Shown one piece after another: positions 1 through 11,499 of a stretch of DNA of 64,000 nt (position 1 is the first letter of the stretch; each line of letters opens with the position of its first letter). The DNA lies in NCBI GenBank assembly GCA_964521295.1, contig CAZFRF010000001.1, forward strand, positions 641,016 through 705,015, read 5' to 3'. Both the position numbers and the translations under genes were made by a program. This stretch comes from an uncultured Gammaproteobacteria bacterium (GTDB taxonomy: Bacteria; Patescibacteriota; Microgenomatia; Levybacterales; UBA12049). The notes under the pieces are model-generated. The model saw nothing but the letters and a program-made list of their open reading frames with translations, searched no databases and was not told the DNA's origin.

Positions 1-279
1 ATGGGATTTTATATTGGTTTTGATGGAAATTTAACCTACGCGGGCATTGCAAAAGGAGAAACAGTTCCCTTGCCTCGACTCTGTGAACTAACCCCCGTTA
101 ATCGCATAATCGTAGAAACAGATGCGCCTTTTCTAGCACCAGAACCTCATCGCGGTAGTAGAAATGAACCTAGCTATGTTATAATTACAGGTAGAAAAAT
201 AGCTGAAATTAAAGGTATTTCCCTAGAAGAAATTGATAAAATTGCAACCAATAATACCAAATCAGTTTTTAATCTATGA
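1..279 (+). CDS. TatD-family metal-dependent hydrolase, C-terminal fragment (5' end lies outside the window)
   Basis: ORF runs from the window edge. Conserved TatD C-terminal motifs ETDAPFLAP and PxRGxRNEP are seen in the translation. Confidence 0.6.
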   Translation: MGFYIGFDGNLTYAGIAKGETVPLPRLCELTPVNRIIVETDAPFLAPEPHRGSRNEPSYVIITGRKIAEIKGISLEEIDKIATNNTKSVFNL

Positions 280-1769
280 CTAGTTTTTTTGACCACATTT
301 TTACAACTTACCCTATTAAAACCAGAAGAGCTCTAGAAATACTTCCCGGAATGGTATCTTGGTCCTTAATATTTTTTCCATTTTGGGGATCACTTATAAT
401 ACCCTGGGCTGTAGCGTATTTTATCTTATTTTTCGATGTATATTGGTTCTACAAATCATTTTCACTTGCAATCACTGCTTTTATTGCCTCTAAAAAAATA
501 AAAACGGCTGAACAGAAGGATTGGTTTAAACTTGCTAGGCCATTAGAAAATTTTGAGAAAATGTCGCATATTGTTGTTATTCCTAACTATCAAGAGAGTG
601 CAGAGAAAATAAAAATTGGCATAGAAAGTCTTACTAAGCAAAATTTTCCTCAAAAACGAATCTATATTGTCCTAGCGATGGAAGATAGAGATCCAACTGC
701 AAGAGATAGGGCTAAAACTTTGATTGATGAATTTAAAAACCAATTTGGTGATATTTTTGCAACATTTCATCCCGACATCGAAGGAGAGGTCAAAGGAAAA
801 TCTTCCAACGAAGCTTATGGTGGAAAAATAGCTTACGAAAAATTGGTAAAAACAGGCATTATTGATGAAAACTTTGCCACTATTTCATCTGTAGATGCTG
901 ATTCTATTTTTGATAAGAATTATTTTTCATATCTTTCCCATAGCTTTTTAAATGACGATAAAAGATATAACAAATTTTGGCAATCGGCAAATGTTAACTA
1001 TAATAATTTTTGGAATGTTCCTGCACCAATCAGAATTCTATCCTTTTTTGGATCCCTCTGGAGAACAGCTTTGCTTGTTCAAAAAGACAGACTTGTATCA
1101 AACTCTACCTATTCTTTATCGCTAAAGCTTTTGCATGAAATTGGATTTTGGGATACTGATGTAATTCCAGAAGATTATAGAATATTCTTCAAAGCTTTCT
1201 ATAAAAAAAAGGGCGAAGTCTGGATGGAATCCATTTTCCTAAAAACATCAATGGATGCGCCACTTTCATCTTCTTATGTAAAATCTATTAAAAACAAATA
1301 CCAACAAGAAAGAAGATGGAGTTGGGGAGCTAGTGATGATCCACTATTTATTAAATGGTGGCTTACTACTCCAGGGGTACCTTTTGTTAGAAAAACATTA
1401 ATGCTTATAAATGTATTAGTTGATCATTTCCTATGGCCGGTAAATTGGTTTATCATTACCATTGCCGCAAATATCATGCCCTTTGTAAATCCAGTATTCA
1501 CCAGAACTGCTCTTGGATATAATCTGCCAAGAATAGCAGGTGCAATTTTAACAATTTGCCTTCTCGCAACAGCAGCGATGATCATAATTGATCATCGACA
1601 AAGACAGGGTCACCAAAAGGTTTCCAAAAAAAGACAACTTTTATTTCCTTTAGAATTTCTTTTGCTACCAATTGTTGGATTTTTCTTATCAGCTCTTCCC
1701 GCTTTAATATCACATACACAATTAATGCTAGGTAAAAGATTAGAATATAAAGTTACAGAAAAACTTTAA
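276..1769 (+). CDS. Processive family-2 glycosyltransferase (cellulose/chitin/galactan-synthase-like) with N- and C-terminal TM segments
   Basis: Cytoplasmic GT-A domain with D and DxD motifs (EDRD, SVDADSI) and the processive-synthase QxxRW motif (QQERRWSWG). Hydrophobic helices flank it. A 4-nt overlap with the upstream ORF suggests an operon. Confidence 0.7.
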   Translation: MTSFFDHIFTTYPIKTRRALEILPGMVSWSLIFFPFWGSLIIPWAVAYFILFFDVYWFYKSFSLAITAFIASKKIKTAEQKDWFKLARPLENFEKMSHIVVIPNYQESAEKIKIGIESLTKQNFPQKRIYIVLAMEDRDPTARDRAKTLIDEFKNQFGDIFATFHPDIEGEVKGKSSNEAYGGKIAYEKLVKTGIIDENFATISSVDADSIFDKNYFSYLSHSFLNDDKRYNKFWQSANVNYNNFWNVPAPIRILSFFGSLWRTALLVQKDRLVSNSTYSLSLKLLHEIGFWDTDVIPEDYRIFFKAFYKKKGEVWMESIFLKTSMDAPLSSSYVKSIKNKYQQERRWSWGASDDPLFIKWWLTTPGVPFVRKTLMLINVLVDHFLWPVNWFIITIAANIMPFVNPVFTRTALGYNLPRIAGAILTICLLATAAMIIIDHRQRQGHQKVSKKRQLLFPLEFLLLPIVGFFLSALPALISHTQLMLGKRLEYKVTEKL

Positions 1770-1773
1770 ATTT

Positions 1774-3252
1774 ATGAAATTACTTTCGCTCTATGAAAAG
1801 AGTAAAAACGTTTGGTTTTTAATATTTACAAGTATAATTTTTTTTATACTTAGACTCCCATCTTTAATTGAACCATATTGGTATGGAGATGAAGGAATTT
1901 ATCAGGCCCTTGGACTTGGCATCAACAATGGAAGGATCTTATATCAAGGGATTTTTGATAACAAACCACCTTTTTTATATTTACTTTATGCTCTATTTAA
2001 TTCAGATCAATTTTTATTGAGGAGCGTATCTTTAGTATCTGGATTATTGTCAATTTTTATATTCTTCTTTTTAACTAAAGCTATATTTAAATCTCAAAAA
2101 CCTGCATATCTAGCAACATTTTTATTTTCTATTCTCTTCGGACTTCCACTAATTGAAGGAAATATTGCAAACGCAGAAAACTTCATGATATTTTTTAATC
2201 TTGCTGCTGGATTTTTGGCCATAAAATCATTAGAGACAAATATTAACCAGAGATATAAGCTTTTGTTTTTATCTGGAATATTATTGAGCATTTCTTTTCT
2301 TTTTAAAATTGTCGGAATTTTTGATTTTGCTGCATTTTTTGCATTTATATTTTTCGCCAATTTTTCTAAAAACATAAAAGATATTTTAAATCCTAAAAAT
2401 TTAATAACTGAATTTAAAAATTTATCTCCAATGATTCTTGGATTTAGTATTCTTCCCATACTAGTTATTGGATATTTTATTTTCAACAATGCTTTCCCAT
2501 ATTTCTTAAAAGCCACATTAACTAACAACGTTGGCTATGTTGGCTACGGAAATAAATTTATCATTCCCCAAGGTTTTTTAATATTAAAATTATCAATTTT
2601 ATTTTTAGCTCTCCTAGCTCTCTTTATTAAGAGACAAAAATTATTACTCGGAGAAATGTTTATTTATATTTGGCTAGCCTTCTCTCTTTTTAATGCTTTC
2701 TTTTCACAACGACCTTATACTCATTATGTATTAGTTGCTCTTCCTGCAATTTGTTTATTAACGGGATTGCTATTGATAAAAAGAAACTTTAAGTTAAACG
2801 CATTACTGTTTATTATCACAGTGTTATTAATTTATAAAAATTTTAGTTATTACCACAAAACTACTGTTTACTATCAAAATTTCATAGCATTTATCACCAA
2901 TCATAAATCACTTTATGATTATCAACGCTTTTTTGATGGAAACACTCCAAATGACTATCTATTAGCAAGTTTTCTTAATATGCATTTAAAAAAAGAGGAT
3001 AATATTTTTGTCTGGGGAAATAATGCTCAAGTTTATAAATTAACAAACAAACTTCCCCCTGGAAGATATACTGTTGCCTATCACATTACTAGTTATCCAG
3101 ATGGAATTTCAAATACCCAGCAGGGCTTAGAAAAATCACAACCTAGGTTTATTGTAATAATGCGAAATGTCACAACTTATCCATTCTCCTTGTCAAATTA
3201 TCAAAGTATTGTAAACTTAAACGGAATTGTAATTTATGAAAAAAATAATTGA
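1774..3252 (+). CDS. GT-C-type polytopic membrane glycosyltransferase (PMT/ArnT-like, GT39/83-like)
   Basis: About 12 predicted TM helices. N-terminal loop motif YWYGDEG...NKPPFLYLL resembles the DE-containing first loop of PMT/ArnT family enzymes. Confidence 0.5.
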   Translation: MKLLSLYEKSKNVWFLIFTSIIFFILRLPSLIEPYWYGDEGIYQALGLGINNGRILYQGIFDNKPPFLYLLYALFNSDQFLLRSVSLVSGLLSIFIFFFLTKAIFKSQKPAYLATFLFSILFGLPLIEGNIANAENFMIFFNLAAGFLAIKSLETNINQRYKLLFLSGILLSISFLFKIVGIFDFAAFFAFIFFANFSKNIKDILNPKNLITEFKNLSPMILGFSILPILVIGYFIFNNAFPYFLKATLTNNVGYVGYGNKFIIPQGFLILKLSILFLALLALFIKRQKLLLGEMFIYIWLAFSLFNAFFSQRPYTHYVLVALPAICLLTGLLLIKRNFKLNALLFIITVLLIYKNFSYYHKTTVYYQNFIAFITNHKSLYDYQRFFDGNTPNDYLLASFLNMHLKKEDNIFVWGNNAQVYKLTNKLPPGRYTVAYHITSYPDGISNTQQGLEKSQPRFIVIMRNVTTYPFSLSNYQSIVNLNGIVIYEKNN

Positions 3253-3592
3253 ACCCTTAATAAAAGACAAAGCAACCTTATATTTGGTTATCACAAGCAT
3301 ATTGATATTGATTGTCACATTAATTATCTCAGTGTTTTTTTATTTTAGACTACCACCCTACATACCAATTTTTAACCAATTACCTTGGGGAGATGAAAGA
3401 CTAACTCCAACAATCGGAATCTTTATCCCCGTTGCGGTTCTAACATTTGTTTTAATGTTTAATATATTTTTTTCAACCTTTTTGTATAAAAAAAATAACC
3501 CTTTACTAGGAAGAATAATTTCTTCAATTAGCTTGTTAATTTCTATAATGAATTTTATTTTTATTGTTCATACAATTTTACTTATTATTTAA
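3236..3592 (+). CDS. small polytopic membrane protein, function unknown
   Basis: 118 aa and highly hydrophobic. It overlaps both neighbours, which suggests operon membership. Confidence 0.4.
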   Translation: MKKIIEPLIKDKATLYLVITSILILIVTLIISVFFYFRLPPYIPIFNQLPWGDERLTPTIGIFIPVAVLTFVLMFNIFFSTFLYKKNNPLLGRIISSISLLISIMNFIFIVHTILLII

Positions 3593-4673
3593 AATGTTCA
3601 ATTTAAATTTTTTTCCAATACTTCCTCTATTAATCTCATTAATAATAACAGCATTAACTGTACCAATCTCACTATATTTTTTAAAAAAATTTAAAGTATT
3701 AGATGATCCACAGAAACACAAACATCCTGCAATAATTCATAAAAACCCTATACCAAGAGGTGGGGGTATTCCGCTTTTTTTAGGCGTATTTATTACCAGC
3801 TTATTTTTTGTCCAATTCAATCAAGTAATCATCGCCTCATTTGCAGCTGCTTTTATTGCGCTCGCATTAGGAGTGATAGATGATAAATTTGATATCTCGC
3901 CATACCTGCGTTTTTTTGTAAACATCGCATGTGCAGTAATTGTCGTATATTTTGGAGCAAATGTTGCCTTCATCACCAATCCTTTCGGAGGTATTTTATT
4001 TCTTAATAAAATACAAATTCCTTTTATTAACCTACCAACAATAACTTTACTATCAGATTTAATTGCCATTTTGTGGATAGTATGGGTCATGAACATGCTG
4101 AACTGGAGCAAAGGCGTAGATGGTCAAATGCCAGGAATAGTCGCGATATCTGCCTTTATAATTGGTCTTTTATCATTAAGATTTTCAGTTTTAGATCAAT
4201 CAAGCATAAACGCTGCAACACTATCTTTTATAATTACCGGTGCTGCTTTAGGTTTTTTACTATTTAATAAATACCCTGCAAAAATATTCCCAGGATATGG
4301 AGCAACGGCAATCTACTTACTACTTGCAGTTGTTTCAATAATTTCAGGAGCAAAATTAGCAACGGCAATTTTAGTAATGGGAGTACCAATGACAGACGGA
4401 TTATTCACTATTATAAGAAGGGTTGCTAGTGGGAAATCTCCATTCTGGCATGATAAGCAACATCTACATCATTTACTACTGGGTCTTGGATTAGGACAAA
4501 AAAGAGTAGCTATATTTTACTGGGTTATCTCTGCAATCTTAGGAGTAATTGCCCTAAACCTATCAAGCAAAGGAAAACTTTTTGCTATAATAATGTTAGT
4601 AATATTAGTTTTCGGAGCAATACTTTTCTTACGCTTTTTAATTAAAAAAATTAATAATGAAACTGATTTATAA
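3564..4673 (+). CDS. Polyprenyl-phosphate N-acetylhexosamine-1-phosphate transferase (MraY/WecA family, GT4 superfamily)
   Basis: Polytopic membrane protein with WecA/MraY-like motifs (DDKFDISPYLRF; NMLNWSKGVDGQ; GDxGA-like region). Overlaps the flanking ORFs. Confidence 0.7.
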   Translation: MFIQFYLLFKMFNLNFFPILPLLISLIITALTVPISLYFLKKFKVLDDPQKHKHPAIIHKNPIPRGGGIPLFLGVFITSLFFVQFNQVIIASFAAAFIALALGVIDDKFDISPYLRFFVNIACAVIVVYFGANVAFITNPFGGILFLNKIQIPFINLPTITLLSDLIAILWIVWVMNMLNWSKGVDGQMPGIVAISAFIIGLLSLRFSVLDQSSINAATLSFIITGAALGFLLFNKYPAKIFPGYGATAIYLLLAVVSIISGAKLATAILVMGVPMTDGLFTIIRRVASGKSPFWHDKQHLHHLLLGLGLGQKRVAIFYWVISAILGVIALNLSSKGKLFAIIMLVILVFGAILFLRFLIKKINNETDL

Positions 4674-5610
4674 CGTTTTAAGACTGGTAAGACCTAGGCA
4701 GTGGATTAAAAATTTTGCTCTCTTTGCATCAATAACCTTCTCGGGAGAATTATTTAATTACCCTTTACTTCAAACAGTTGCCCTAGGTTTTATTGTTTTT
4801 TGTGGACTTTCCAGCGCAACTTACATAATCAATGATATATTTGATGTAAAAAAAGACAGATTACACCCTTTTAAAAAGTTTAGGCCCTTAGCTAGCGGAG
4901 ACATCCCAATTTCCTTTGGCATCAGTTTTGCAATCCTTTTAGTCATATCTTCTCTTTATTTAGCTAAAAGTATTAACCCAACTTTTTTTACAATTGGTAT
5001 CGTCTACTTAGTTATTCAAATTTTATACTCGTCCTTTATCAAATCCTTAGCTGTTGTTGACATACTCGCTTTAGCATCGGGATATATCTTAAGAGTATAC
5101 GCGGGAGAGTTTGCTAGCGGTTTCCACATTTCTGTTTGGCTCCTGCTTACAACTATTTCAATTTCTCTTTTTCTAGCAATCGGTAAAAGAAGATCTGAAC
5201 TCACTCTTTTATCAGCAAGTAAAGACATAGATATTGCCGCAACCAGAAAAAGCTTGTCGCATTATTCAGATAGGCTCTTAGATGTATATGCTTCTATTTT
5301 TGCTACCTCAACCTTTATCGCTTATTCTTTATTTACCTTCTTAGAAAACCCGGGAGGATTTAGATTAAATTTAAGTATCTTAGTGCCCGATACCTTGTCT
5401 TCATTTTTTGAAAGAAAATGGTTAATGATAACAATCATTCCTGTCGTCTACGGATTAATGCGCTATCTTCAAGATATTTATGAAAAAAACGAAGGAGAAA
5501 GTCCTGAAAAAGTATTACTTTCTGACAAACCATTACTTGCAACAGTGATTATTTGGGCAATATTAGTAGTCGTCTTAATTTATTTCGTTAGCCCTAGTTC
5601 TGCTTTTTAG
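4657..5610 (+). CDS. UbiA-family prenyltransferase, decaprenyl-phosphate 5-phosphoribosyltransferase-like (DPPR synthase-like)
   Basis: First Asp-rich motif NDIFDVKKDRLHPFKKFRPLASGDI closely matches the NDxxDxxxDRxHPxKxxRPxAxG signature of UbiA-family DPPR synthases. About 8 TM helices. Confidence 0.65.
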   Translation: MKLIYNVLRLVRPRQWIKNFALFASITFSGELFNYPLLQTVALGFIVFCGLSSATYIINDIFDVKKDRLHPFKKFRPLASGDIPISFGISFAILLVISSLYLAKSINPTFFTIGIVYLVIQILYSSFIKSLAVVDILALASGYILRVYAGEFASGFHISVWLLLTTISISLFLAIGKRRSELTLLSASKDIDIAATRKSLSHYSDRLLDVYASIFATSTFIAYSLFTFLENPGGFRLNLSILVPDTLSSFFERKWLMITIIPVVYGLMRYLQDIYEKNEGESPEKVLLSDKPLLATVIIWAILVVVLIYFVSPSSAF

Positions 5611-6436
5611 CATATTGACTACTTATCCAACCTGTTTTTCCATCTTCTAACTTAATTTCATACCAACTCTCTTCTTCGCTAACTAATTCCAATAACTCTC
5701 CAGGCTTTACTTGCGCTATCTCTTCTCCGCTTAATGAAGCACTATCTCTTACTCTTAAAAATCCAGTAGGTGTACTTAAAATTTCAACTTGATTTTTCTT
5801 TGGACTAGAAGTTACACTTGGCGTAGGAATTTTTGCTGCAGATTTAGTTGCAATATCTGAATCAATACCTAAATAAATAACTGCATCTAATTTATATCCA
5901 GGAACTGTTCTAATTCTTACCACTTTATCTTTATAACCATCTTTACTCACCTTTATCTCATGGTCAGATTCAGTCTGATTCTTAACAAGCACCGGGGAAT
6001 TTCCAGCTAAAATACTATCAACATAGACTTGAGCGTCAGTTGGAAATGAAATAACACTAATTTGTGCGTCTTTCTTATTTTCAATTTGATCTAGACCAAT
6101 AATACTGGCTTGCGCCAAAGCTGTTTGAGCAAATGATCTATCAACAACCGTTAAAACCTTTGGGTTAATAGCGATTTTTCTCTGGAAAGGCTCAAAATTT
6201 CCCTCAGTTGGCACAATTCTAATAGTATACTCACCAACCTTGAGCATGTTTTTACTATCGCAAAGACAAAGCGGAGTTGAACCCATTAATTTATCATTTA
6301 AATATACACTCGCTCTAGGCGCAGAGGTAACTTGCAAGGCTCCTTTTTCTGGCCTTGTTCCCAGAAGAAAAATGATAATAAAGAAGATTAAGACAGCAAT
6401 AATTAAACAGAAGAATATAAATAGCAACTTTTTCAC
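5594..6436 (-). CDS. Membrane-anchored protein with PEGA-like repeats and a C-terminal bacterial SH3 (SH3b) domain
   Basis: N-terminal TM helix. Two PEGA-like segments (VYLNDKLMGSTPL, VYVDSILAGNSPVLV). C-terminal SH3_3-like motif (WYEIKLEDGKTGWISSQY). Confidence 0.5.
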   Translation of the reverse strand: MKKLLFIFFCLIIAVLIFFIIIFLLGTRPEKGALQVTSAPRASVYLNDKLMGSTPLCLCDSKNMLKVGEYTIRIVPTEGNFEPFQRKIAINPKVLTVVDRSFAQTALAQASIIGLDQIENKKDAQISVISFPTDAQVYVDSILAGNSPVLVKNQTESDHEIKVSKDGYKDKVVRIRTVPGYKLDAVIYLGIDSDIATKSAAKIPTPSVTSSPKKNQVEILSTPTGFLRVRDSASLSGEEIAQVKPGELLELVSEEESWYEIKLEDGKTGWISSQYAKKQN

Positions 6437-6477
6437 TTTTTGATTATAACTTAAAAGGTCAAATAAAAAAACCTATT

Positions 6478-8435
<1,958 letters not shown>

Positions 8436-8459
8436 AAATTTATCGGAAGGTATCAGTCG

Positions 8460-8506
8460 AGCAGTTTGACTGCTTATTTATACCATAGCCATTGAAAACG
8501 TGTCAA
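8460..8506 (-). promoter_or_regulatory. groES promoter (TTGACA-18-TATAAA) followed by a 15-bp palindrome AGCAGT-N3-ACTGCT at the presumed transcript start
   Basis: Minus-strand -35 is at plus 8501-8506 and -10 at 8477-8482. The perfect 6-bp-arm inverted repeat is at 8460-8474. It is not a canonical CIRCE. Confidence 0.45.
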
Positions 8507-8567
8507 GACCCTTGCTCATTGCTTGACATAGTGAGTGTAATTCTATACGATAAATTTAGTCTAGATT

Positions 8568-9776
8568 ATGTCATTTTTATCCGGAAAAAAGCTTCTTCTG
8601 GTCGGCTTTATTATTGTGCTTTTAGTAGCAATCCCTGTTACCGTTTATTTGGTAGAACAACAACAAAGAACTAAATCTTCAGCTGAAGCTGCTACCAAAC
8701 TATCCTTAATTCAAACTCCACAAACTGTAAAGGTAGGCGAAAAAATAACCTTTGACGTTATAGCTGACCCATCAAATATAAACCAAATAGGCTTTATTAA
8801 ATTAGTCTTACTTTATGATCCGACTAAGCTTGCTACTGTTCCTGGCTCATTTGCCGTATCTCAATGGCCATCTGCAGATGGATCAACATTTACGCCAAGT
8901 ATTCCAATCGGCCCAGAATATACTGAAGGAACTATAACTGTTTCAATGTCTGTTGGTGGAAGTCCACAAAATGTTTTACAACGTAGCTCAAAAATAGCAA
9001 CCATAACCTTCGAAGCATTGGATAAAACTGATACGGGAGTACCAACTCAGGTTACCTTCGGTAATGCAACCCAAGTACTATCACTAGGAGGAACTACTAA
9101 TACAGATGAGGGGGCAATTAATATGTTATCAAATTCTTCGCCGGGGCAAGTAAATATTACAGATGAAACCGAGCCAATAACCAGCACGGTAACAACAACT
9201 ATTACAACAACAGTTACTGGAACTACAGCAACTGAAACATCAACCCCAACAGAAACTCCTACTCCAACTGAAGAGGATGGAACTACAGCAACTGAAACAT
9301 CAACCCCAACAGAAACTCCTACTCCAACATCTGCAGTTGGACTTACTTGCTCTTCTTTAACACTTGATCCAGGTGCAAATGGAACTGCGCCTTTTGCAGT
9401 TAATTTAACTGCTGTTGGAAGCAGCGCAGACTCTACTATTAGTAAAGTTTCCTTTAATTTTGGAGACGGACAAACGCAAGATGTTACCGATTCAGGAGGA
9501 GTTGGTACTAATTCGATTAGTGTATTAACATCTCATACATATGCTACAGCTGGTAATTATAATGCGAGCGCAACATTAACCGATGTTGATGGAAACTCAA
9601 CTGTTGGATCTTGTAAAACTGTTGTTGCGGTTACAGCTCAGGAGGGAGCAAGCCCAACGGTTACGATTGCTAGTCCATCTCCTCTTCCCGCAACAGGACC
9701 AACGGGCTTAATTGCAGTTGGAGCAATAGGCGTAATGCTTACATTCATAGGGGCTCTACTTCTCTTCGCTCTCTAA
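8568..9776 (+). CDS. Secreted surface protein with T/P-rich tandem linker, PKD-like domain and C-terminal LPATG sorting-like signal
   Basis: N-terminal TM/signal segment. Duplicated TTATETSTPTETPTPT linker. PKD-like signature (FNFGDGQ...SHTYATAGNYNASATLTDVDGNS). C-terminal LPATG followed by a hydrophobic tail. Confidence 0.6.
   Translation: MSFLSGKKLLLVGFIIVLLVAIPVTVYLVEQQQRTKSSAEAATKLSLIQTPQTVKVGEKITFDVIADPSNINQIGFIKLVLLYDPTKLATVPGSFAVSQWPSADGSTFTPSIPIGPEYTEGTITVSMSVGGSPQNVLQRSSKIATITFEALDKTDTGVPTQVTFGNATQVLSLGGTTNTDEGAINMLSNSSPGQVNITDETEPITSTVTTTITTTVTGTTATETSTPTETPTPTEEDGTTATETSTPTETPTPTSAVGLTCSSLTLDPGANGTAPFAVNLTAVGSSADSTISKVSFNFGDGQTQDVTDSGGVGTNSISVLTSHTYATAGNYNASATLTDVDGNSTVGSCKTVVAVTAQEGASPTVTIASPSPLPATGPTGLIAVGAIGVMLTFIGALLLFAL
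9219..9329 (+). repeat. Exact tandem duplication (51-nt copies, 60-nt period) inside the surface-protein gene linker
   Basis: ggaactacagcaactgaaacatcaaccccaacagaaactcctactccaac occurs at 9219 and again at 9279. It encodes GTTATETSTPTETPTPT twice. Confidence 0.85.
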
Positions 9777-9777
9777 T

Positions 9778-11487
9778 TTAGCCTTCAATCATTGAGAGAA
9801 GTGCTTTCTGAGGAATTTCAACTTTTGAAACATTAATAAGTCTAGATTTACCTTTCTTTTGAGCTTCTAGTAACTTATCTTTTCTTGTTCTATCTCCACC
9901 ACTCATTTTTGCCAAAACATCCTTTCTATATGGAGATATTTCAGTTCTAGCCAAAATTTTTGCACCAATTGCAGCTTGAATAACTTGTCTAAATTGCTGT
10001 CTTGGTAAGTTTTCTTTAAGCTTGTCTACCTTATCCCTTGCAACATATTCTGCTTCATCTTTATATACCAACTCTGATAAAACATCTATAGCATTTTCAT
10101 TTACCATAATATCCATTTTTACTAAGTTAGCTTCTCTAAATCCTTCTATTTCATAATCTAAGCTAGCAAAGCCTTGGGTTGCACTTTTTAAATCATTTGA
10201 TAAACCCCTAATAAACATGGAGTAAGGCATTTCATATTTTAAAATTGCGTTATTATTGTTATAAACAATATCAAGTAAAGTTCCACGTTTTTTCTGCGCT
10301 ACTGTCATAACAGCGCCAACAAAGCCTGCAGGAATAAAAATATTCAAGTTCATATATGGCTCAAGTATTTGCTCCCCCTCTTCCTTATACAAAACTCTTG
10401 GCATTGTTAATAATGGCTCAATATTTTGCTCCTTAGTAAGTCTTTCTTTAACAATTTCTGCATGCAAAAGGCCTAAGAATCCGACTCTAAAACCGCTGCC
10501 TAAAAAAGCTGAATACTCGTTAGCAACGCTTAATGAGCTATCATTTAAGGATAATTTATTTAGCGCCTCTCTTAGGTTTACATATTCGCTTGAATCTTTC
10601 GGATAAAGTCCAAAGAAAACCATTGGCTTAGGAATTTCATATCCTGACAAAGGTTCTTCAACTGCTCCTTGATAAATTACTGTATCTCCAACACGAGTTT
10701 TTCTAATATCTTTAACACCTGTCACAATATAACCTATCTCTCCAGACTCCAATGACCCCTTAGGAATTAGATATGGAGAAAAATATCCCACTTCTGAAAC
10801 ATCAACTTTTGTTCCGTTTTGTAAAAATTCAATTTTATCTCCTTTTTTAACGCTTCCGTCAACTATTTTTACAAATATTATTACGCCTCTGTGCTCATCA
10901 AAAACTGCATCAAAAACAAGCGCTCTTAAATTAGGATGTAAAGAAATTTTTGGCGCAGGAATTTTATCAACAACAGCCTGAAGTAAACCCTCAACATTTT
11001 CTCCGCTTTTAGCACTAATATAATGTATTTCCTCTGGTCTAAAGCCAAACATCTCTACTAAATCTTTTGCAACAGCTTCTGTATTTGCAGACGGTAAATC
11101 AATTTTATTAATAGCAGGAATCAAATAAAGATTTTCTTTTTTTGCACTATTATAATGCGCTACGGTTTGCGCCTGAATCCCTTTAGTTGCATCTACTAAG
11201 AGAATTGCTCCTTCAGTAGCAGCTAAAGTTCTTGAGACTTCATAGGAAAAATCCATATGACCAGGAGTGTCAATCAAATCCAACGTGTAACCCTTATACT
11301 CCATTCTAACTGGAGCGAGCTTAATAGTAATACCTCTTTCTCTAGAAATTGGATTCTGATCTAAAAATTGTTCCTGTAATTTTTCTTTAGAAATAGTTTT
11401 TGTAATCTCTAAAAATCTATCTGCCAAGGTTGATTTCCCATGATCAATATGTGCGATAATTGCAAAATTGCGAATTTTGTCTGACAT
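9778..11487 (-). CDS. lepA: Elongation factor 4 (LepA)
   Basis: N-terminal GTPase motifs (AIIAHIDHGKSTLADR, DTPGHMDF) and LepA-specific C-terminal region. 569 aa. Confidence 0.95.
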   Translation of the reverse strand: MSDKIRNFAIIAHIDHGKSTLADRFLEITKTISKEKLQEQFLDQNPISRERGITIKLAPVRMEYKGYTLDLIDTPGHMDFSYEVSRTLAATEGAILLVDATKGIQAQTVAHYNSAKKENLYLIPAINKIDLPSANTEAVAKDLVEMFGFRPEEIHYISAKSGENVEGLLQAVVDKIPAPKISLHPNLRALVFDAVFDEHRGVIIFVKIVDGSVKKGDKIEFLQNGTKVDVSEVGYFSPYLIPKGSLESGEIGYIVTGVKDIRKTRVGDTVIYQGAVEEPLSGYEIPKPMVFFGLYPKDSSEYVNLREALNKLSLNDSSLSVANEYSAFLGSGFRVGFLGLLHAEIVKERLTKEQNIEPLLTMPRVLYKEEGEQILEPYMNLNIFIPAGFVGAVMTVAQKKRGTLLDIVYNNNNAILKYEMPYSMFIRGLSNDLKSATQGFASLDYEIEGFREANLVKMDIMVNENAIDVLSELVYKDEAEYVARDKVDKLKENLPRQQFRQVIQAAIGAKILARTEISPYRKDVLAKMSGGDRTRKDKLLEAQKKGKSRLINVSKVEIPQKALLSMIEG

Positions 11488-11499
11488 AAGTAGTGTATT

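Noticed and set aside
2094-5228. Minus-strand ORFs 2094-2528, 3821-4111 and 5016-5228, and plus-strand ORF 4073-4267, embedded in the glycan operon genes
   Set aside because: They lie entirely within longer ORFs with clear family motifs and have no start signals of their own. They are probably shadow ORFs.
8436-8567. Possible CIRCE (HrcA operator) upstream of groES
   Set aside because: No match to TTAGCACTC-N9-GAGTGCTAA was found. Only a different 6-bp-arm palindrome is present, and it is reported separately.
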